Positions 37,496 to 47,955 are shown, numbered from the stretch's first letter. The stretch is 64,000 nucleotides of DNA from Clostridia bacterium (GCA_041687355.1 JAWLCD010000010.1:2371-66370); one strand, 5' to 3'. Notes: generated from the sequence alone by a model not told the origin. Program-made: numbers and translations.

Positions 37496-38272
37496 TTAAT
37501 CAGTTTTTCTCTGATGCTGCCTTCCTTCAAAATCTATATAGTAACTATCCTTATAAATCAGCTCAGAAACAGGTACAATGCTGTATTCCTTTTCCTTAAG
37601 CCTCTTAATAAGTTCGGGAAGGGCTTTGGCAGTGTATTTTGTATCATTATGCATCAATATAATAGAGCCGTTTTTCACCTTTCCCAACACCCTGTCGCAA
37701 ATATTCTCTACCGGCAGGTCCTTCCAGTCAAGTGAATCCACATCCCACTGAATCACATACTGTCCCTCTTCAGAAGCCGCCCTTACCACCTTTTCATTGT
37801 AATCTCCATAGGGTGCCCTGAACAGATTGCATTTTTTCCCTGTCAACTGCTCAATTCTTGCATTCGCATTTCTTATCTCCTCTCTGATATTATCTGCAGA
37901 CATAGGTGTCATGTGGGGGTGGGTATCAGAATGATTGGCAATATCATGACCGGCAGCTGCAATCGCTTTAACCTGCTCTGGGTATTTCTGCATCCACTGC
38001 CCAACGATAAAGAAGGTTGCCTTTATGTTTTCCTTTTTCAGCGTTTCAAGAATCTCTCCGATATCCTGCGCTCCCCATGCACAGTCAAATGTAAGAGCCA
38101 CCTTTTTCTCAGCAACATCTACACTATATATGGGAAGTTGTTTTGAATTGCTTGAGAAGACCTCAACCATTTTAGGCGTTACGACACCGGCGCATGAAAC
38201 TATCAAAACTACTGCCAGAAGAATGGACAGGTATATTAGAATTTTCCTTGCATTTAATATATATATCCTCAT
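37496..38272 (-). CDS. polysaccharide deacetylase (PdaB-like sporulation/peptidoglycan deacetylase, CE4)
   Basis: N-terminal TM segment, then NodB motifs TFDCAW, HSDTHP and RAPYG. Confidence 0.88.
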   Translation of the reverse strand: MRIYILNARKILIYLSILLAVVLIVSCAGVVTPKMVEVFSSNSKQLPIYSVDVAEKKVALTFDCAWGAQDIGEILETLKKENIKATFFIVGQWMQKYPEQVKAIAAAGHDIANHSDTHPHMTPMSADNIREEIRNANARIEQLTGKKCNLFRAPYGDYNEKVVRAASEEGQYVIQWDVDSLDWKDLPVENICDRVLGKVKNGSIILMHNDTKYTAKALPELIKRLKEKEYSIVPVSELIYKDSYYIDFEGRQHQRKTD

Positions 38273-38363
38273 ACATTACACCTCTCAAGATACTTATTCC
38301 ATAAAGTGTATGCATGAAGACAAACGCATATACCAACAAGGACTTGCGTACGCGGCGGCCAGT

Positions 38364-39215
38364 CTATGAAAACAGCATCTGAACAGCCTTAGCAACCCCG
38401 TTATCCTGATTTGAATCTGTAATACTGTTTGCAATCCGTTTGAGTTCAGGTATGGCATTACCCATAGCTATGCCCAGGCCGGCTTTCCTAAGCAAGCCAA
38501 TGTCATTCTCATTATCCCCGATGGCGACCGTCTGTGAAGGCGAAATGCCCAGGTAACCACACAAAAATTCAAGTGCTTTACCCTTGCTTACTCCCTTATT
38601 AGTTACCTCAATATTGTCAAAACTCGAACTTGAAATCTCTATGGTTTTTAAAGCCGAAACCTTATCCCTGACATCTTTAAGCAAGGATGAGTGCTCGGCG
38701 ATGATTACCAGCTTGGAAACCGGCTCTCTGCTCAGCTCAATGTACCGTCCCAGGTCCTCAACAACCTTAATATCAATCCTGTCTTCTTCTGCCAGTTCCT
38801 GATTTCTCTCAGAGTATATCAAAGATGAATATTTCAGCTGCTCAGTTACAAGCACTTCCCCAGCGTAAGCATGGATATAAACACCGCTCCCCCTGCAGAT
38901 ATCTATAACATCCTTACAAGCCTGACCTTGAAGTGGGTCAAAATATATTAGCCTGTTGTCCGGCATGGTCTTTATGACCGCTCCATTGCAAGCAATAACG
39001 GGGGCATTGACCTCCAGTTCCCCGGCATATAGTCTTGCCCCCTTGAATATCCTGCCCGAGCATACTACAACCTTTATCCCTTTCCGGATTACGTCTCTAA
39101 TTGCCATTTTATTCTGCTCGGGTATCCTTTTCTTATCATTCAGGACAGTTCCATCAAGGTCAAGAACCAGCATTCTATACCTGTTTTCTCCTGAACTCTC
39201 CATATTCATCTGCAA
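38364..39215 (-). CDS. Cof-type HAD-IIB family hydrolase
   Basis: Contains LDLDGTVL and GDNENDIGLL. Confidence 0.88.
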   Translation of the reverse strand: MQMNMESSGENRYRMLVLDLDGTVLNDKKRIPEQNKMAIRDVIRKGIKVVVCSGRIFKGARLYAGELEVNAPVIACNGAVIKTMPDNRLIYFDPLQGQACKDVIDICRGSGVYIHAYAGEVLVTEQLKYSSLIYSERNQELAEEDRIDIKVVEDLGRYIELSREPVSKLVIIAEHSSLLKDVRDKVSALKTIEISSSSFDNIEVTNKGVSKGKALEFLCGYLGISPSQTVAIGDNENDIGLLRKAGLGIAMGNAIPELKRIANSITDSNQDNGVAKAVQMLFS

Positions 39216-39242
39216 TCGAACCTTCTCCTGTATACTGACAAT

Positions 39243-40424
39243 TTAGTTCCCGGAGCCGTTTCCGAGCTTTTTTACAAACCTCGTTATTCTTTCCAACGCC
39301 TCATTAATAGTTTCAATAGAGTAGGCATACGAGAACCTGACAAAGCCTTCTCCCGATTCACCGAAAGCATTTCCCGGCACCAGTGCAACCTTTTCATCCA
39401 GAAGCAGTTTTTCACAGAATTCGGTTGAGGTAAGTCCGGTCTCCTTAACCGACGGGAATGCATAAAAAGCTCCCATAGGCTCGAAACACTTCAGTCCTGC
39501 CTTTCTCAGCCCCTGAACAACAACCCTTCTTCTCCTGTTATACTCCCGTGCCATCATATCCACATCTTCATCACAGTTTTTCAATGCCTCAATTGCAGCA
39601 TACTGAGCTGTTGTAGGAGAACACATGACTGCATACTGGTGGACCTTGAACATGGCTCCGATTATATCCCTGTGCCCAACTGTATATCCAAGTCTCCAGC
39701 CGGTCATGGCAAACGCCTTGGAAAACCCGTTGATTACTATAGTTCTGTCCCTCATCTGGGGCAGGCTGGCAATGGAAATATGCTTTGTACCATAGGTTAA
39801 TTCACTGTATATTTCATCTGAAATAACAATAAGGTCATGCTTTTTTACAACTTCGGCAATACCTTGCAGCTCCTCACCTGTCATAATTGCGCCTGTTGGA
39901 TTGTTCGGGTAGGATATCATTAAAATTTTGGTCTTTGGCGTTATGTTTTCTTCAAGCTGCTCAGGTGTAAGCTTAAAACTATTCTCTTCTCTGGTCTGAA
40001 TAACAACAGGCGTGGCACCTGTAAACTCTACACAAGGTTTATATGAGACAAAGCACGGCTGCTGTATCAGTACCTCATCCCCCGGCCCCGCAAGTGCACG
40101 CAGCGCAATATCAATCCCTTCACTTCCACCCACCGTAACTATAACTTCATCCTTTGGGTCGTAGGACAGGTTATACTTCCGATTAAGGTATCTTGATATT
40201 TCTTCTCTCAACTCAGCCAATCCCCAATTGGACGTATAATAGGTATGCCCTTTTTCCAGGGAATATATTCCGTACTCTCTAATCCTCCACGGCGTGACAA
40301 AATCCGGTTCGCCTACCCCTAGCGAAATGGCATCCTTCATCTCAGTAACAATATCGAAAAATTTTCTTATACCGGATGGAGGTATATTTCTGACAACAGG
40401 GTTGATTTTGTCAATAAGGCTCAT
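39243..40424 (-). CDS. pyridoxal-phosphate-dependent aminotransferase (class I/II)
   Basis: 393 aa with SFSKAFAMTGWRLGY (PLP Lys) and NPTGA. Confidence 0.9.
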   Translation of the reverse strand: MSLIDKINPVVRNIPPSGIRKFFDIVTEMKDAISLGVGEPDFVTPWRIREYGIYSLEKGHTYYTSNWGLAELREEISRYLNRKYNLSYDPKDEVIVTVGGSEGIDIALRALAGPGDEVLIQQPCFVSYKPCVEFTGATPVVIQTREENSFKLTPEQLEENITPKTKILMISYPNNPTGAIMTGEELQGIAEVVKKHDLIVISDEIYSELTYGTKHISIASLPQMRDRTIVINGFSKAFAMTGWRLGYTVGHRDIIGAMFKVHQYAVMCSPTTAQYAAIEALKNCDEDVDMMAREYNRRRRVVVQGLRKAGLKCFEPMGAFYAFPSVKETGLTSTEFCEKLLLDEKVALVPGNAFGESGEGFVRFSYAYSIETINEALERITRFVKKLGNGSGN

Positions 40425-40909
40425 AAAGTAATTACCTCCCGGTTATCGGTTAATTTATCATGCAGTATAACTCCATCATTCTTGTATTTTTTCAGTACAA
40501 AATGGGTTGCAGTGCTCATAACCGAATCAATGGGAGCAAGCTTTTCGGCAACAAAAAGCGCTACTTCTTTCATGGTCTTTCCCTCTATAATAACAGCAAA
40601 ATCGAAGCTTCCGGACATCAAGTAAAGTGCTTTGACCTCTGGGAAATTGTAGATACGACTCGCTACCTTCTCAAACCCCTGACCTCTACTGGGAGTTACC
40701 TTTACTTCAATAAGGGCAGTAACAAGCTCTGCATCGGTTTTTTCCCAGTTGACTACCGTTGTATAACCTGCAATTACATTATCCTCTTCCAGCTTTTTTA
40801 TCATCTGCTTTACTTCCTCAACATCCCTTCCGGTCATAGCCGCTATCTGCTCCGGGCTGGTTCTGCTGTCCTTTTCAAGTATTTCAAGAATCTCTTTCAT
40901 TTTTATCAC
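40421..40909 (-). CDS. Lrp/AsnC family transcriptional regulator
   Basis: 162 aa with an N-terminal HTH and a C-terminal RAM-like domain. 4-nt overlap with the aminotransferase gene. Confidence 0.85.
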   Translation of the reverse strand: MIKMKEILEILEKDSRTSPEQIAAMTGRDVEEVKQMIKKLEEDNVIAGYTTVVNWEKTDAELVTALIEVKVTPSRGQGFEKVASRIYNFPEVKALYLMSGSFDFAVIIEGKTMKEVALFVAEKLAPIDSVMSTATHFVLKKYKNDGVILHDKLTDNREVITL

Positions 40910-40998
40910 TCCTGTTTGTAAATTTATAATTATTATATAGCTATTATACAGAAAATAGGATTAGTATCAAACAAAAACTCCAAGTATCAAGGGAAGAC

Positions 40999-41060
40999 TG
41001 TCAAGGGGACGGGGTTGTTGACAACTTTCTAAAGTTGTTAACAACCCCGTCCCCTTGACA
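40999..41060. repeat. 62-nt near-perfect palindrome carrying the GGGGACGG motif
   Basis: TGTCAAGGGGACGGGGTTGTTGACAACTTT-CT-AAAGTTGTTAACAACCCCGTCCCCTTGACA. The arms are 30 nt with 1 mismatch. Confidence 0.85.
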
Positions 41061-41083
41061 CCACCGTTAATTGCTCAGCAATT

Positions 41084-42733
41084 TCAGCTCGCATTTCCCA
41101 ATTGCATGTTGAGGTAAGTATCAAAAAGCTTTGCCGCCTCGCTCCTGGTAATATTATCTTCTGGCTTGAAGCTTCCATCAGCATAACCATTCACAAGTTC
41201 ATTCCTGTATGCCTTCAGTATGCTGGACTTAAATCTCGAATCCTCTATATCCGAAAACACGGTTTCATAGAGGTTGTATTCTACAAGAAATCTATCAAAT
41301 AGAGCAACTGCTTCTTCACGGGTTATAGGTTTATTGATATCAAGACTGCTATCAAATATCCTGGTCAGTGCAGCCCGGCCGGCCGGCCCGCTGTACGAGG
41401 GTTCAACCTTCTCAAGACAATTTGCAAGATACACATATTCTTCTCTGGACCAATGGCTGTCCGGATAGTCCGAAAATGTAAAAGCATTATTAGTACCGGC
41501 CTGGTATCCCAGGAAATTCAACATTCTGGAAAACATAACCATAAACTCTATTCTGGTAATTGGCTTATCTGGTCTGAATGTACTGTCTGAATATCCTTTA
41601 ATTATACCTTTTCCATATACACTGTTTACATACTTGTATGCCCAGTTGTTTTGTTTCACATCCTGGAACACTATTTCCTGAGTTTTTTCTATTTCAGATG
41701 GATTTTTAGGCTTTGCTATAGTAACTTCTTCAAGTCTGACCTTATGCTTGACCGGTTCAAGAATAACATCGTTTTCATGTCCCTGATCCACATAGCACGT
41801 CATATCAATATCATGCTTTAATGGATTATGAAGTCCGGTTGCTATATATTGACTGCCCTTGAGTGCTGAGAACCCTTCCCAGTAGACCTGTTTTTCTCCG
41901 TTAACCGTATATATTTGGGTCACTTCTACCGGAATCCAACCGTAGTCCTTGAGATAAAATTCAGCCCAGGCATGGCCGTTTAAATCAGCATTAACCCACT
42001 GGTGGTTTAGAAGTGCATTTGGGCTTCTGTCAAACCTATATCCTTCCACCACTCTTGAAGGTATACCTACTGATCTGCAAAGAGCAGTAAATAGAGTTGC
42101 ATAATCTTCGCATACTCCTCTTCCTGTTGTCAGCGCAGATACTGCCCCTTTATTCCTGTAACGGTCGGACTCATCATATGTCATATATGTATTCACAAAT
42201 TCAAAAATTGCCTTTGCCTTGTAATAATCATCCTCCAGCCCTTCCGTCAGCTGCTGCGCCTTCGAGACAATAACCGGAGCACTGGTTTCAATCTTGTCCA
42301 CATGTCTCAAGTATAATATGTACTGGCTTGCATCAGCCTTATTCTGAGACAGATGCATGGTATCGATTTCGTATTCTATATCAGAACTTGTAGCTATTCG
42401 TATTACTTTAATTTCTATACTTTCTGCAGCCGGTAGATTGCTGAATTCAAACTTCGCAATATCATTACCATACTTGTCGGTAATAATCTGCTTGGGCTCG
42501 GGCTGGTATTCGATACTTGAATCATACTGATAATCAAAAATGTTCTTCCTGCCCACCAGAATCTCTGCACTGACATCGGTTGCATTGCTGGTCCCAGTGT
42601 TTTTAACAACATAGGTTTTTATAAGGGTATAAGTCTTTGGATTTTGTAGTATGTATTTGGGATCCTGAGCATTGGTCTGAAAAGCAAGAACAAAAAGAAT
42701 TAAGAAAACAGGAATCATTAAGAATTTTCTCAT
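41084..42733 (-). CDS. transglutaminase-like cysteine protease domain protein with C-terminal SLH repeats
   Basis: Signal peptide, a TGase core (GRGVCEDYATLFTALCRSVGIPSR...HAWAEFY) and three SLH-like repeats (WAYKYV..GYSDSTFRPDKPITRIEF, and others). Confidence 0.88.
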   Translation of the reverse strand: MRKFLMIPVFLILFVLAFQTNAQDPKYILQNPKTYTLIKTYVVKNTGTSNATDVSAEILVGRKNIFDYQYDSSIEYQPEPKQIITDKYGNDIAKFEFSNLPAAESIEIKVIRIATSSDIEYEIDTMHLSQNKADASQYILYLRHVDKIETSAPVIVSKAQQLTEGLEDDYYKAKAIFEFVNTYMTYDESDRYRNKGAVSALTTGRGVCEDYATLFTALCRSVGIPSRVVEGYRFDRSPNALLNHQWVNADLNGHAWAEFYLKDYGWIPVEVTQIYTVNGEKQVYWEGFSALKGSQYIATGLHNPLKHDIDMTCYVDQGHENDVILEPVKHKVRLEEVTIAKPKNPSEIEKTQEIVFQDVKQNNWAYKYVNSVYGKGIIKGYSDSTFRPDKPITRIEFMVMFSRMLNFLGYQAGTNNAFTFSDYPDSHWSREEYVYLANCLEKVEPSYSGPAGRAALTRIFDSSLDINKPITREEAVALFDRFLVEYNLYETVFSDIEDSRFKSSILKAYRNELVNGYADGSFKPEDNITRSEAAKLFDTYLNMQLGNAS

Positions 42734-42846
42734 GTAATCACCTCATGGTCTTATTATAGCACACCTGAAAATTAAATTGAACGACCTTTTTATGTTCAGA
42801 AAAGGGAAGAAGTTTTGCTTCTTCCCTTAAAAGATATTTCAACGAG

Positions 42847-43044
42847 TTATCTTCCCGACATTGACTGCTCTGCAAACTGTATCATCTTTCTAACCATGTT
42901 TCCGCCTACCTTACCGGCATCTCTAGCCTTAATATCTCCATTATAGCCCTGGTTGAGAGTTACCCCTACTTCACTCGCAACTTCATACTTGAACCTATCA
43001 AGCGCTGACCTTGATTCCGGAACGAGTGTTTTATTATTTGCCAT
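42847..43044 (-). CDS. alpha/beta-type small acid-soluble spore protein
   Basis: 65 aa with LDRFKYEVASEVGV...GGNMVRKMIQFAEQ. Confidence 0.93.
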   Translation of the reverse strand: MANNKTLVPESRSALDRFKYEVASEVGVTLNQGYNGDIKARDAGKVGGNMVRKMIQFAEQSMSGR

Positions 43045-43336
43045 TGAGATTCACCTCCCAGTCTTGGTTTCAATATTAATATGCTCATTAAAAATAATAA
43101 TTAAACTAGGAAATGATGCGTGAAAAACCAGTAAAGCAAGTATACGGTAAATTTTTGTAATTTTTTTATGCAGCTTTTCAGTTATAATTTGGCACAAAAA
43201 ATTGGAAAAGCTCTATTACAGGCTCCTTTAACTATAGTACTTTAATTCTTTCACCTGTAGAATATCGGATTCCTGGCTTGCCCAAATACTTTTTAAATTA
43301 TTGAAAGTATATCAATAACAGCTTATAATAAAATAC

Positions 43337-44173
43337 ATGGGTATCACGTTAATACTTGGGTTCATCTTTGTTATTATCAACACCTTGGATGTATGGTCAA
43401 TAAGAATATTTGCAGAAAAGCTGGGTGAAGATAAATCAATGCTGTTCCGGGGAATAGGGTCAATACTCTTTTCTGCGTTTATTTTACTTCCTCTAGCAAA
43501 AATTTTATCAATAACGGGGTTCTTAATTTTAGTTGCAGCAGCTTTTTATGGAGTGCTTTGTTCTCATATTTCACTGTTAGGAATGACAAGATGTAATGTG
43601 GTCATATCGGAAATGGTAATCAAGATATCTTTCATACTTAATATTATTATTGATTTGTTAATAGGATACTTAAAGTACAACATTTACATAATAGTTGGCG
43701 GAATAACATTGTTTTTTGCATTGATATTATTAGTCGATATTAAAGGGAAGTATATTGAAAGAAAGACATTGATTTATCCCTTCATAGCTTTTTTTATGTT
43801 TGGCCTTCAGCCATATATTGTCAGGTATGGGTACGAGAAGAGTTTATACAATACGGAAGCTTACGTTTTAGTATATTTAATTGCTTTGATTATTTACTTT
43901 ATTTTAAGAATTGGTGTTAGAAAAGTCAAAATTGAGAGAACAGATATAAAGTATATTGGTGCACTGGGTGGAATATTCTTTGCTGCTATGCTTCTTCAGT
44001 CGTTAGGACATACAATATGCATTCCAAGTATATTTAGAGGGATTACTGTTTTTGCATTAGGCTTGATATATATTGTGGGATTGGTTAATAAAAGAGAGAT
44101 TCTAGCTATGGATAAAGTGATTGGGGTTTTATTAAGTATAATTGGAGTTGGTATTTTGTCGTTATCACAGTAG
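43337..44173 (+). CDS. DMT/EamA-like multi-pass membrane protein (putative)
   Basis: 278 aa with about 10 hydrophobic segments in two similar halves. The gene is markedly AT-rich relative to its neighbours. Confidence 0.55.
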   Translation: MGITLILGFIFVIINTLDVWSIRIFAEKLGEDKSMLFRGIGSILFSAFILLPLAKILSITGFLILVAAAFYGVLCSHISLLGMTRCNVVISEMVIKISFILNIIIDLLIGYLKYNIYIIVGGITLFFALILLVDIKGKYIERKTLIYPFIAFFMFGLQPYIVRYGYEKSLYNTEAYVLVYLIALIIYFILRIGVRKVKIERTDIKYIGALGGIFFAAMLLQSLGHTICIPSIFRGITVFALGLIYIVGLVNKREILAMDKVIGVLLSIIGVGILSLSQ

Positions 44174-44194
44174 ATTAAAGTTTACTGCGGCCAT

Positions 44195-44240
44195 GACTGC
44201 GACAGATTGAGAACCGTCCCCTGTCGCAGTCCCTCGTTTT
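44195..44240 (+). terminator. RepH hairpin H5 plus T-tract (terminator of the DMT-like gene; possibly bidirectional with dcd)
   Basis: GACTGCGACAG-ATTGAGAACCGTCCC-CTGTCGCAGTC followed by CCTCGTTTTT. Confidence 0.75.
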
Positions 44241-44324
44241 TCGTCGTAAACAACATTGATTATGTCGTTCACAATAAAAAACTAACCGTTCGCCAATTCA
44301 TTCAGCAATAGATCTGATTCCATC

Positions 44325-44870
44325 TTAGTTCTTCTTATCAGCTTCGCAGTCGTTATATACCTTGCTGCCGATTGCATTTCTCTGTCCCTGATACTTGCCG
44401 TCGTACGGATTCTCTGCTTCAACATCCATTTCTGCGATAACCAGCTGGCAAAGCCTTCTTCCAGCCGTCAGCTTGATTGGAAGTCTGTTTGCATTATAAA
44501 GTTCCAGGGTAATCTCGCCTTCAAAGCCAGGGTCTACCCATCCTGCATTCTGGATAAACAGCCCCATTCTGCCTATTGAGCTTCTGCCTTCAACAAATGC
44601 AGTTAGATTATTTGGGAGCTTTATGTACTCCATGGTTGTAGCAAGCAGGAAGGAATGCGGGGGTATAATTACTTCATCCGCCTCAAATTCAGAATACTTA
44701 ATTGGTGTACTCAGTGTCATACACTCTACCTGGTTTTCCTCCACCTTCAGAAAGTGCCTGCCCAAACGCATGTCAATCGATGCGGGTTGAATTTGTTCCT
44801 CAGTGAGAGGTTCAACAATCAGATCCTTTGCTTCAATGAGTTTTTTAATTGTCTTGTCCGATAAAATCAT
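44325..44870 (-). CDS. dcd: dCTP deaminase
   Basis: [21 protein letters not shown] and [10 protein letters not shown]. Confidence 0.93.
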   Translation of the reverse strand: MILSDKTIKKLIEAKDLIVEPLTEEQIQPASIDMRLGRHFLKVEENQVECMTLSTPIKYSEFEADEVIIPPHSFLLATTMEYIKLPNNLTAFVEGRSSIGRMGLFIQNAGWVDPGFEGEITLELYNANRLPIKLTAGRRLCQLVIAEMDVEAENPYDGKYQGQRNAIGSKVYNDCEADKKN

Positions 44871-44894
44871 TACTATTCTCCTTCTCAGGCAAAT

Positions 44895-45893
44895 TTATAT
44901 TCTCCATGAAGCCGGGATGAAGAAATCTGAAAACCTTCTGACCGCATAGGTATCGGTCATCCCGGCAATATAATCACAGACTATCCTATCGAGGTCGTAC
45001 TCTCCCAACAAATCTTTGATGTCTTCAGGCAGCAGCTCAGGGTTATTTTTTATATGGCTGTACAATTGGCTTATTATATTCTGTGTTTTTCTTTCTTCAA
45101 CTTTTGCGGCTGAACCTACATATACATTCTCATACATGAATTTGCGTAGCTTGAGGGTCGCATCTCCGGCTTCCCCGTTCATAACAATCTTTTCCTTCCC
45201 CTCGCTTGAGCGTATGAGATTCATAATCATTGTATTAATACGGTCACTGCTTGTATCTCCAAGAACCTCTATGCAGGACCTCGGAAGGTCTTCAGAATTC
45301 AGGATTCCAGCCCTTATGGCATCATCTATATCATGATTGATGTATGCTATCCTGTCGGCATACCTTACAATCTGTCCTTCCAAGGTAAACGGCAGGTTTT
45401 CACCTGTATGGTTAAGTATTCCATCACGCACTTCGAATGTTAGATTTAACCCGCCTTTTCTCTCTATCAGGTCTACTACCCTGAGGCTTTGTTCATTGTG
45501 TTTGAATCCATGCGGGCATATTTTATTTAATACCGCTTCTCCAGAATGTCCAAAAGGAGTATGGCCAAGGTCATGCCCTAGAGCTATTGCCTCAGTCAAA
45601 TCTTCATTGAGTCTCAGAGCTCTGGCTACCGTACGAGCTATCTGTGAAACTTCAAGCGTATGGGTTAACCTTGTCCTGTAATGGTCCCCTTCGGGTGATA
45701 TAAAAACCTGTGTTTTATGCTTGAGCCTCCTGAAAGACTTGGAGTGAATAATCCTGTCCCTGTCCCTCTGAAACTCGGTCCTTATTTCACACTTATCCTC
45801 TTCCGCCATCCTGCCTCGGGACCTGCTGCTAAAGGCTGCATAAGGCGAAAGAATCTGCTCTTCAATTTGTTCTGTATTTCTCCGTAAATCCAT
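44895..45893 (-). CDS. dGTP triphosphohydrolase-like HD-domain protein
   Basis: Contains FQRDRDRIIHSKSFRRLKHKTQVF, RLTHTLEV and GHDLGHTPFGH. Confidence 0.9.
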   Translation of the reverse strand: MDLRRNTEQIEEQILSPYAAFSSRSRGRMAEEDKCEIRTEFQRDRDRIIHSKSFRRLKHKTQVFISPEGDHYRTRLTHTLEVSQIARTVARALRLNEDLTEAIALGHDLGHTPFGHSGEAVLNKICPHGFKHNEQSLRVVDLIERKGGLNLTFEVRDGILNHTGENLPFTLEGQIVRYADRIAYINHDIDDAIRAGILNSEDLPRSCIEVLGDTSSDRINTMIMNLIRSSEGKEKIVMNGEAGDATLKLRKFMYENVYVGSAAKVEERKTQNIISQLYSHIKNNPELLPEDIKDLLGEYDLDRIVCDYIAGMTDTYAVRRFSDFFIPASWRI

Positions 45894-45966
45894 ATTCCCA
45901 CCCAGAATATTTATCCTATGCTATTTTACATTTGAACCATTCCATTATCAACAGTTATTTACATAA

Positions 45967-46560
45967 CTACTTCCGTGCTCCGGCAGCCTTGCAGGCCTCT
46001 ACCATTCTTTCTGCGAGTATTCCGGCCCTTGTAAGTGCAAACTGGTCATCCCTTGACGGCCGCTGAGCACAAACTCCATGGTGTCCTGCATCATATTCTG
46101 TCTGCCCGTCTCCAACAATTGTCATCCCGTGAACCAGCATAATATCGTGAAGCGCTTTCATGGTTGTTTCCTGACCACCGTACTTTGAGGCTCCAACAGT
46201 AACACCAGCCGCAACTTTATTTATCCACGTCTTCCCGCTTCTCATACTCCTGGACTTGTCAAAAAATGCCTTCAACTGGGCTGAAACGGTACCGAAATAT
46301 ACAGGACTACCAATCAGTATTCCGTTAGCCTTAGAAATCAACTCAAAGGCCTTTTCAAGCTCACTTCCTTTAAAGCATATGCCGCTGCATGGATTACTGC
46401 ATGCTGTACAGAAAGGCTTTTTGCAGGACAGTACAGCTTCTCCGGCATGAATAATTTCCGTACTACACCCCAAAGCCTCGGCCTTCTCGAGAATATTATT
46501 GATAAGAAACGCTGTGTTTCCTTCTCTATTGGGACTTCCGTTCAAGCCTACTATACGCAC
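45967..46560 (-). CDS. iron-sulfur flavoprotein-like NADPH-dependent FMN reductase
   Basis: Flavodoxin-like fold (GLNGSPNREGNT, GSPVYFG) with the Cys cluster CKKPFCTACSNPCSGIC. Confidence 0.75.
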   Translation of the reverse strand: MRIVGLNGSPNREGNTAFLINNILEKAEALGCSTEIIHAGEAVLSCKKPFCTACSNPCSGICFKGSELEKAFELISKANGILIGSPVYFGTVSAQLKAFFDKSRSMRSGKTWINKVAAGVTVGASKYGGQETTMKALHDIMLVHGMTIVGDGQTEYDAGHHGVCAQRPSRDDQFALTRAGILAERMVEACKAAGARK

Positions 46561-46628
46561 TATACGTACCCCTTTCTGATAACTCTTTTAATGCTATTAT
46601 ATTCTTGAATTTGAGTTGTGCAATAGAT

Positions 46629-46910
46629 TCATGTTGGGTTTTTATCAGGTATTATTTTTTTCGGAATAAGCAGATTTAATGCAGTAGGCAAAAACAATAC
46701 TGCGAGAGCAAACAACACAGATACTGCAGCAATTATCATTGACTTAAAATGAATCAGCCCGTTTAGTGTAAACACGCTCTGCTCCTGCTCGACATAGGTT
46801 CGAATATCTAAAAGATTGCTAAATGAAATTTTATACATTACAACAAACATTATTACCAAAAGAACTATATTTGCCAGTATTCTGAGTATCCTTCCAACAC
46901 CGTTTCCCAT
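46629..46910 (-). CDS. small two-TM membrane protein (hypothetical)
   Basis: 93-aa sub-ORF starting MGNGVGRILRILANIVLL. A GGGAGG RBS lies 6 nt upstream. Confidence 0.45.
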   Translation of the reverse strand: MGNGVGRILRILANIVLLVIMFVVMYKISFSNLLDIRTYVEQEQSVFTLNGLIHFKSMIIAAVSVLFALAVLFLPTALNLLIPKKIIPDKNPT

Positions 46911-47071
46911 TCCTGTCCTCCCAAGATTATATTGATTAAACGGAAATGACTTCCATGAGATAGTATACCACTTCAAGTCAATATAAATCAATTACTGTCG
47001 AACAAAACAAAAGTGACATTTTAAAAAGTTTACCTTATAATTAGAATAGAAATAGATAAGGAGATTTTTAC

Positions 47072-47602
47072 ATGAACGTTTGGCATGATTTTAATATTAC
47101 CAGAATGAAGCCCGATGACTTCTATACCGTTATTGAAATTTCCAAGGGCAGCAAGAAAAAGTATGAGATGGACAAGGAAACAGGTATGATTGTCCTGGAC
47201 AGGATACTTTACACCTCTACACATTACCCGGCTAACTACGGCTTTCTTCCCAGGACATATTCCGAAGACGGCGACCCTCTTGATGCTCTTGTCCTGTGCC
47301 AGGAAGAACTGGACCCGCTGACACTTGTGCGATGCTATCCAATCGGAGCAATCAAGATGGTCGATGATGACGAGATTGACGAAAAAATTATTGCTGTCCC
47401 TTTCAAAGACCCATCACTGACTGATTATAAAGATATAAGCGAGCTTCCGTCCCATATATTCAATGAAATATCACACTTCTTTGAAGTCTACAAACATCTT
47501 GAACATAAGGTTACAAGCGTAAAAGAAGTTCTGGGAAGGGATACTGCAGTAAAAATCATAGAAGACTGCCTGGATGCTTATAAAAAAGAATTCCCAGGCT
47601 GA
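47072..47602 (+). CDS. ppa: inorganic pyrophosphatase (family I)
   Basis: Contains YEMDKETG, YPANYGF.P.T, DGDPLDALV and DEKIIAV. Confidence 0.95.
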   Translation: MNVWHDFNITRMKPDDFYTVIEISKGSKKKYEMDKETGMIVLDRILYTSTHYPANYGFLPRTYSEDGDPLDALVLCQEELDPLTLVRCYPIGAIKMVDDDEIDEKIIAVPFKDPSLTDYKDISELPSHIFNEISHFFEVYKHLEHKVTSVKEVLGRDTAVKIIEDCLDAYKKEFPG

Positions 47603-47627
47603 TATACTCTCTCATAATAAGAAAAAC

Positions 47628-47667
47628 ATGCCGGCAGGTCAGTACTTATGTGCGGTTCTGCCGGCAT
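47628..47667. terminator. convergent-gene hairpin between ppa and the zinc-ribbon gene
   Basis: 10-bp stem ATGCCGGCAG...CTGCCGGCAT. Confidence 0.65.
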
Positions 47668-47676
47668 CTACTCTCT

Positions 47677-47955
47677 TTAATCAAAGTCAAACATTCTTTC
47701 CAGGAATGACTCTTTCTTGTGTTTCTTATGTTGATGGTATTTACGATTGTCATACTCACTATGGCGCAAATCCTTGTGTGTATCCTGATATGGATTTACA
47801 TGATGGCTGTCGTGAGTCCCACCCCTTGACTGCTCGATTATCTTGTCAAGCTCTCCGCGGTCAAGCCAGACTCCTCTGCACTTGGGGCAGTAGTCAATCT
47901 CAACATTCTGACGCTCTGTCATATGGAGCTCTACATTGCATACCGGACAATTCAT
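47677..47955 (-). CDS. zf-TFIIB-type zinc-ribbon protein
   Basis: MNCPVCNVELHMTERQNVEIDYCPKCRGVWLDRGELDKI, followed by a His-rich tail. Confidence 0.8.
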   Translation of the reverse strand: MNCPVCNVELHMTERQNVEIDYCPKCRGVWLDRGELDKIIEQSRGGTHDSHHVNPYQDTHKDLRHSEYDNRKYHQHKKHKKESFLERMFDFD

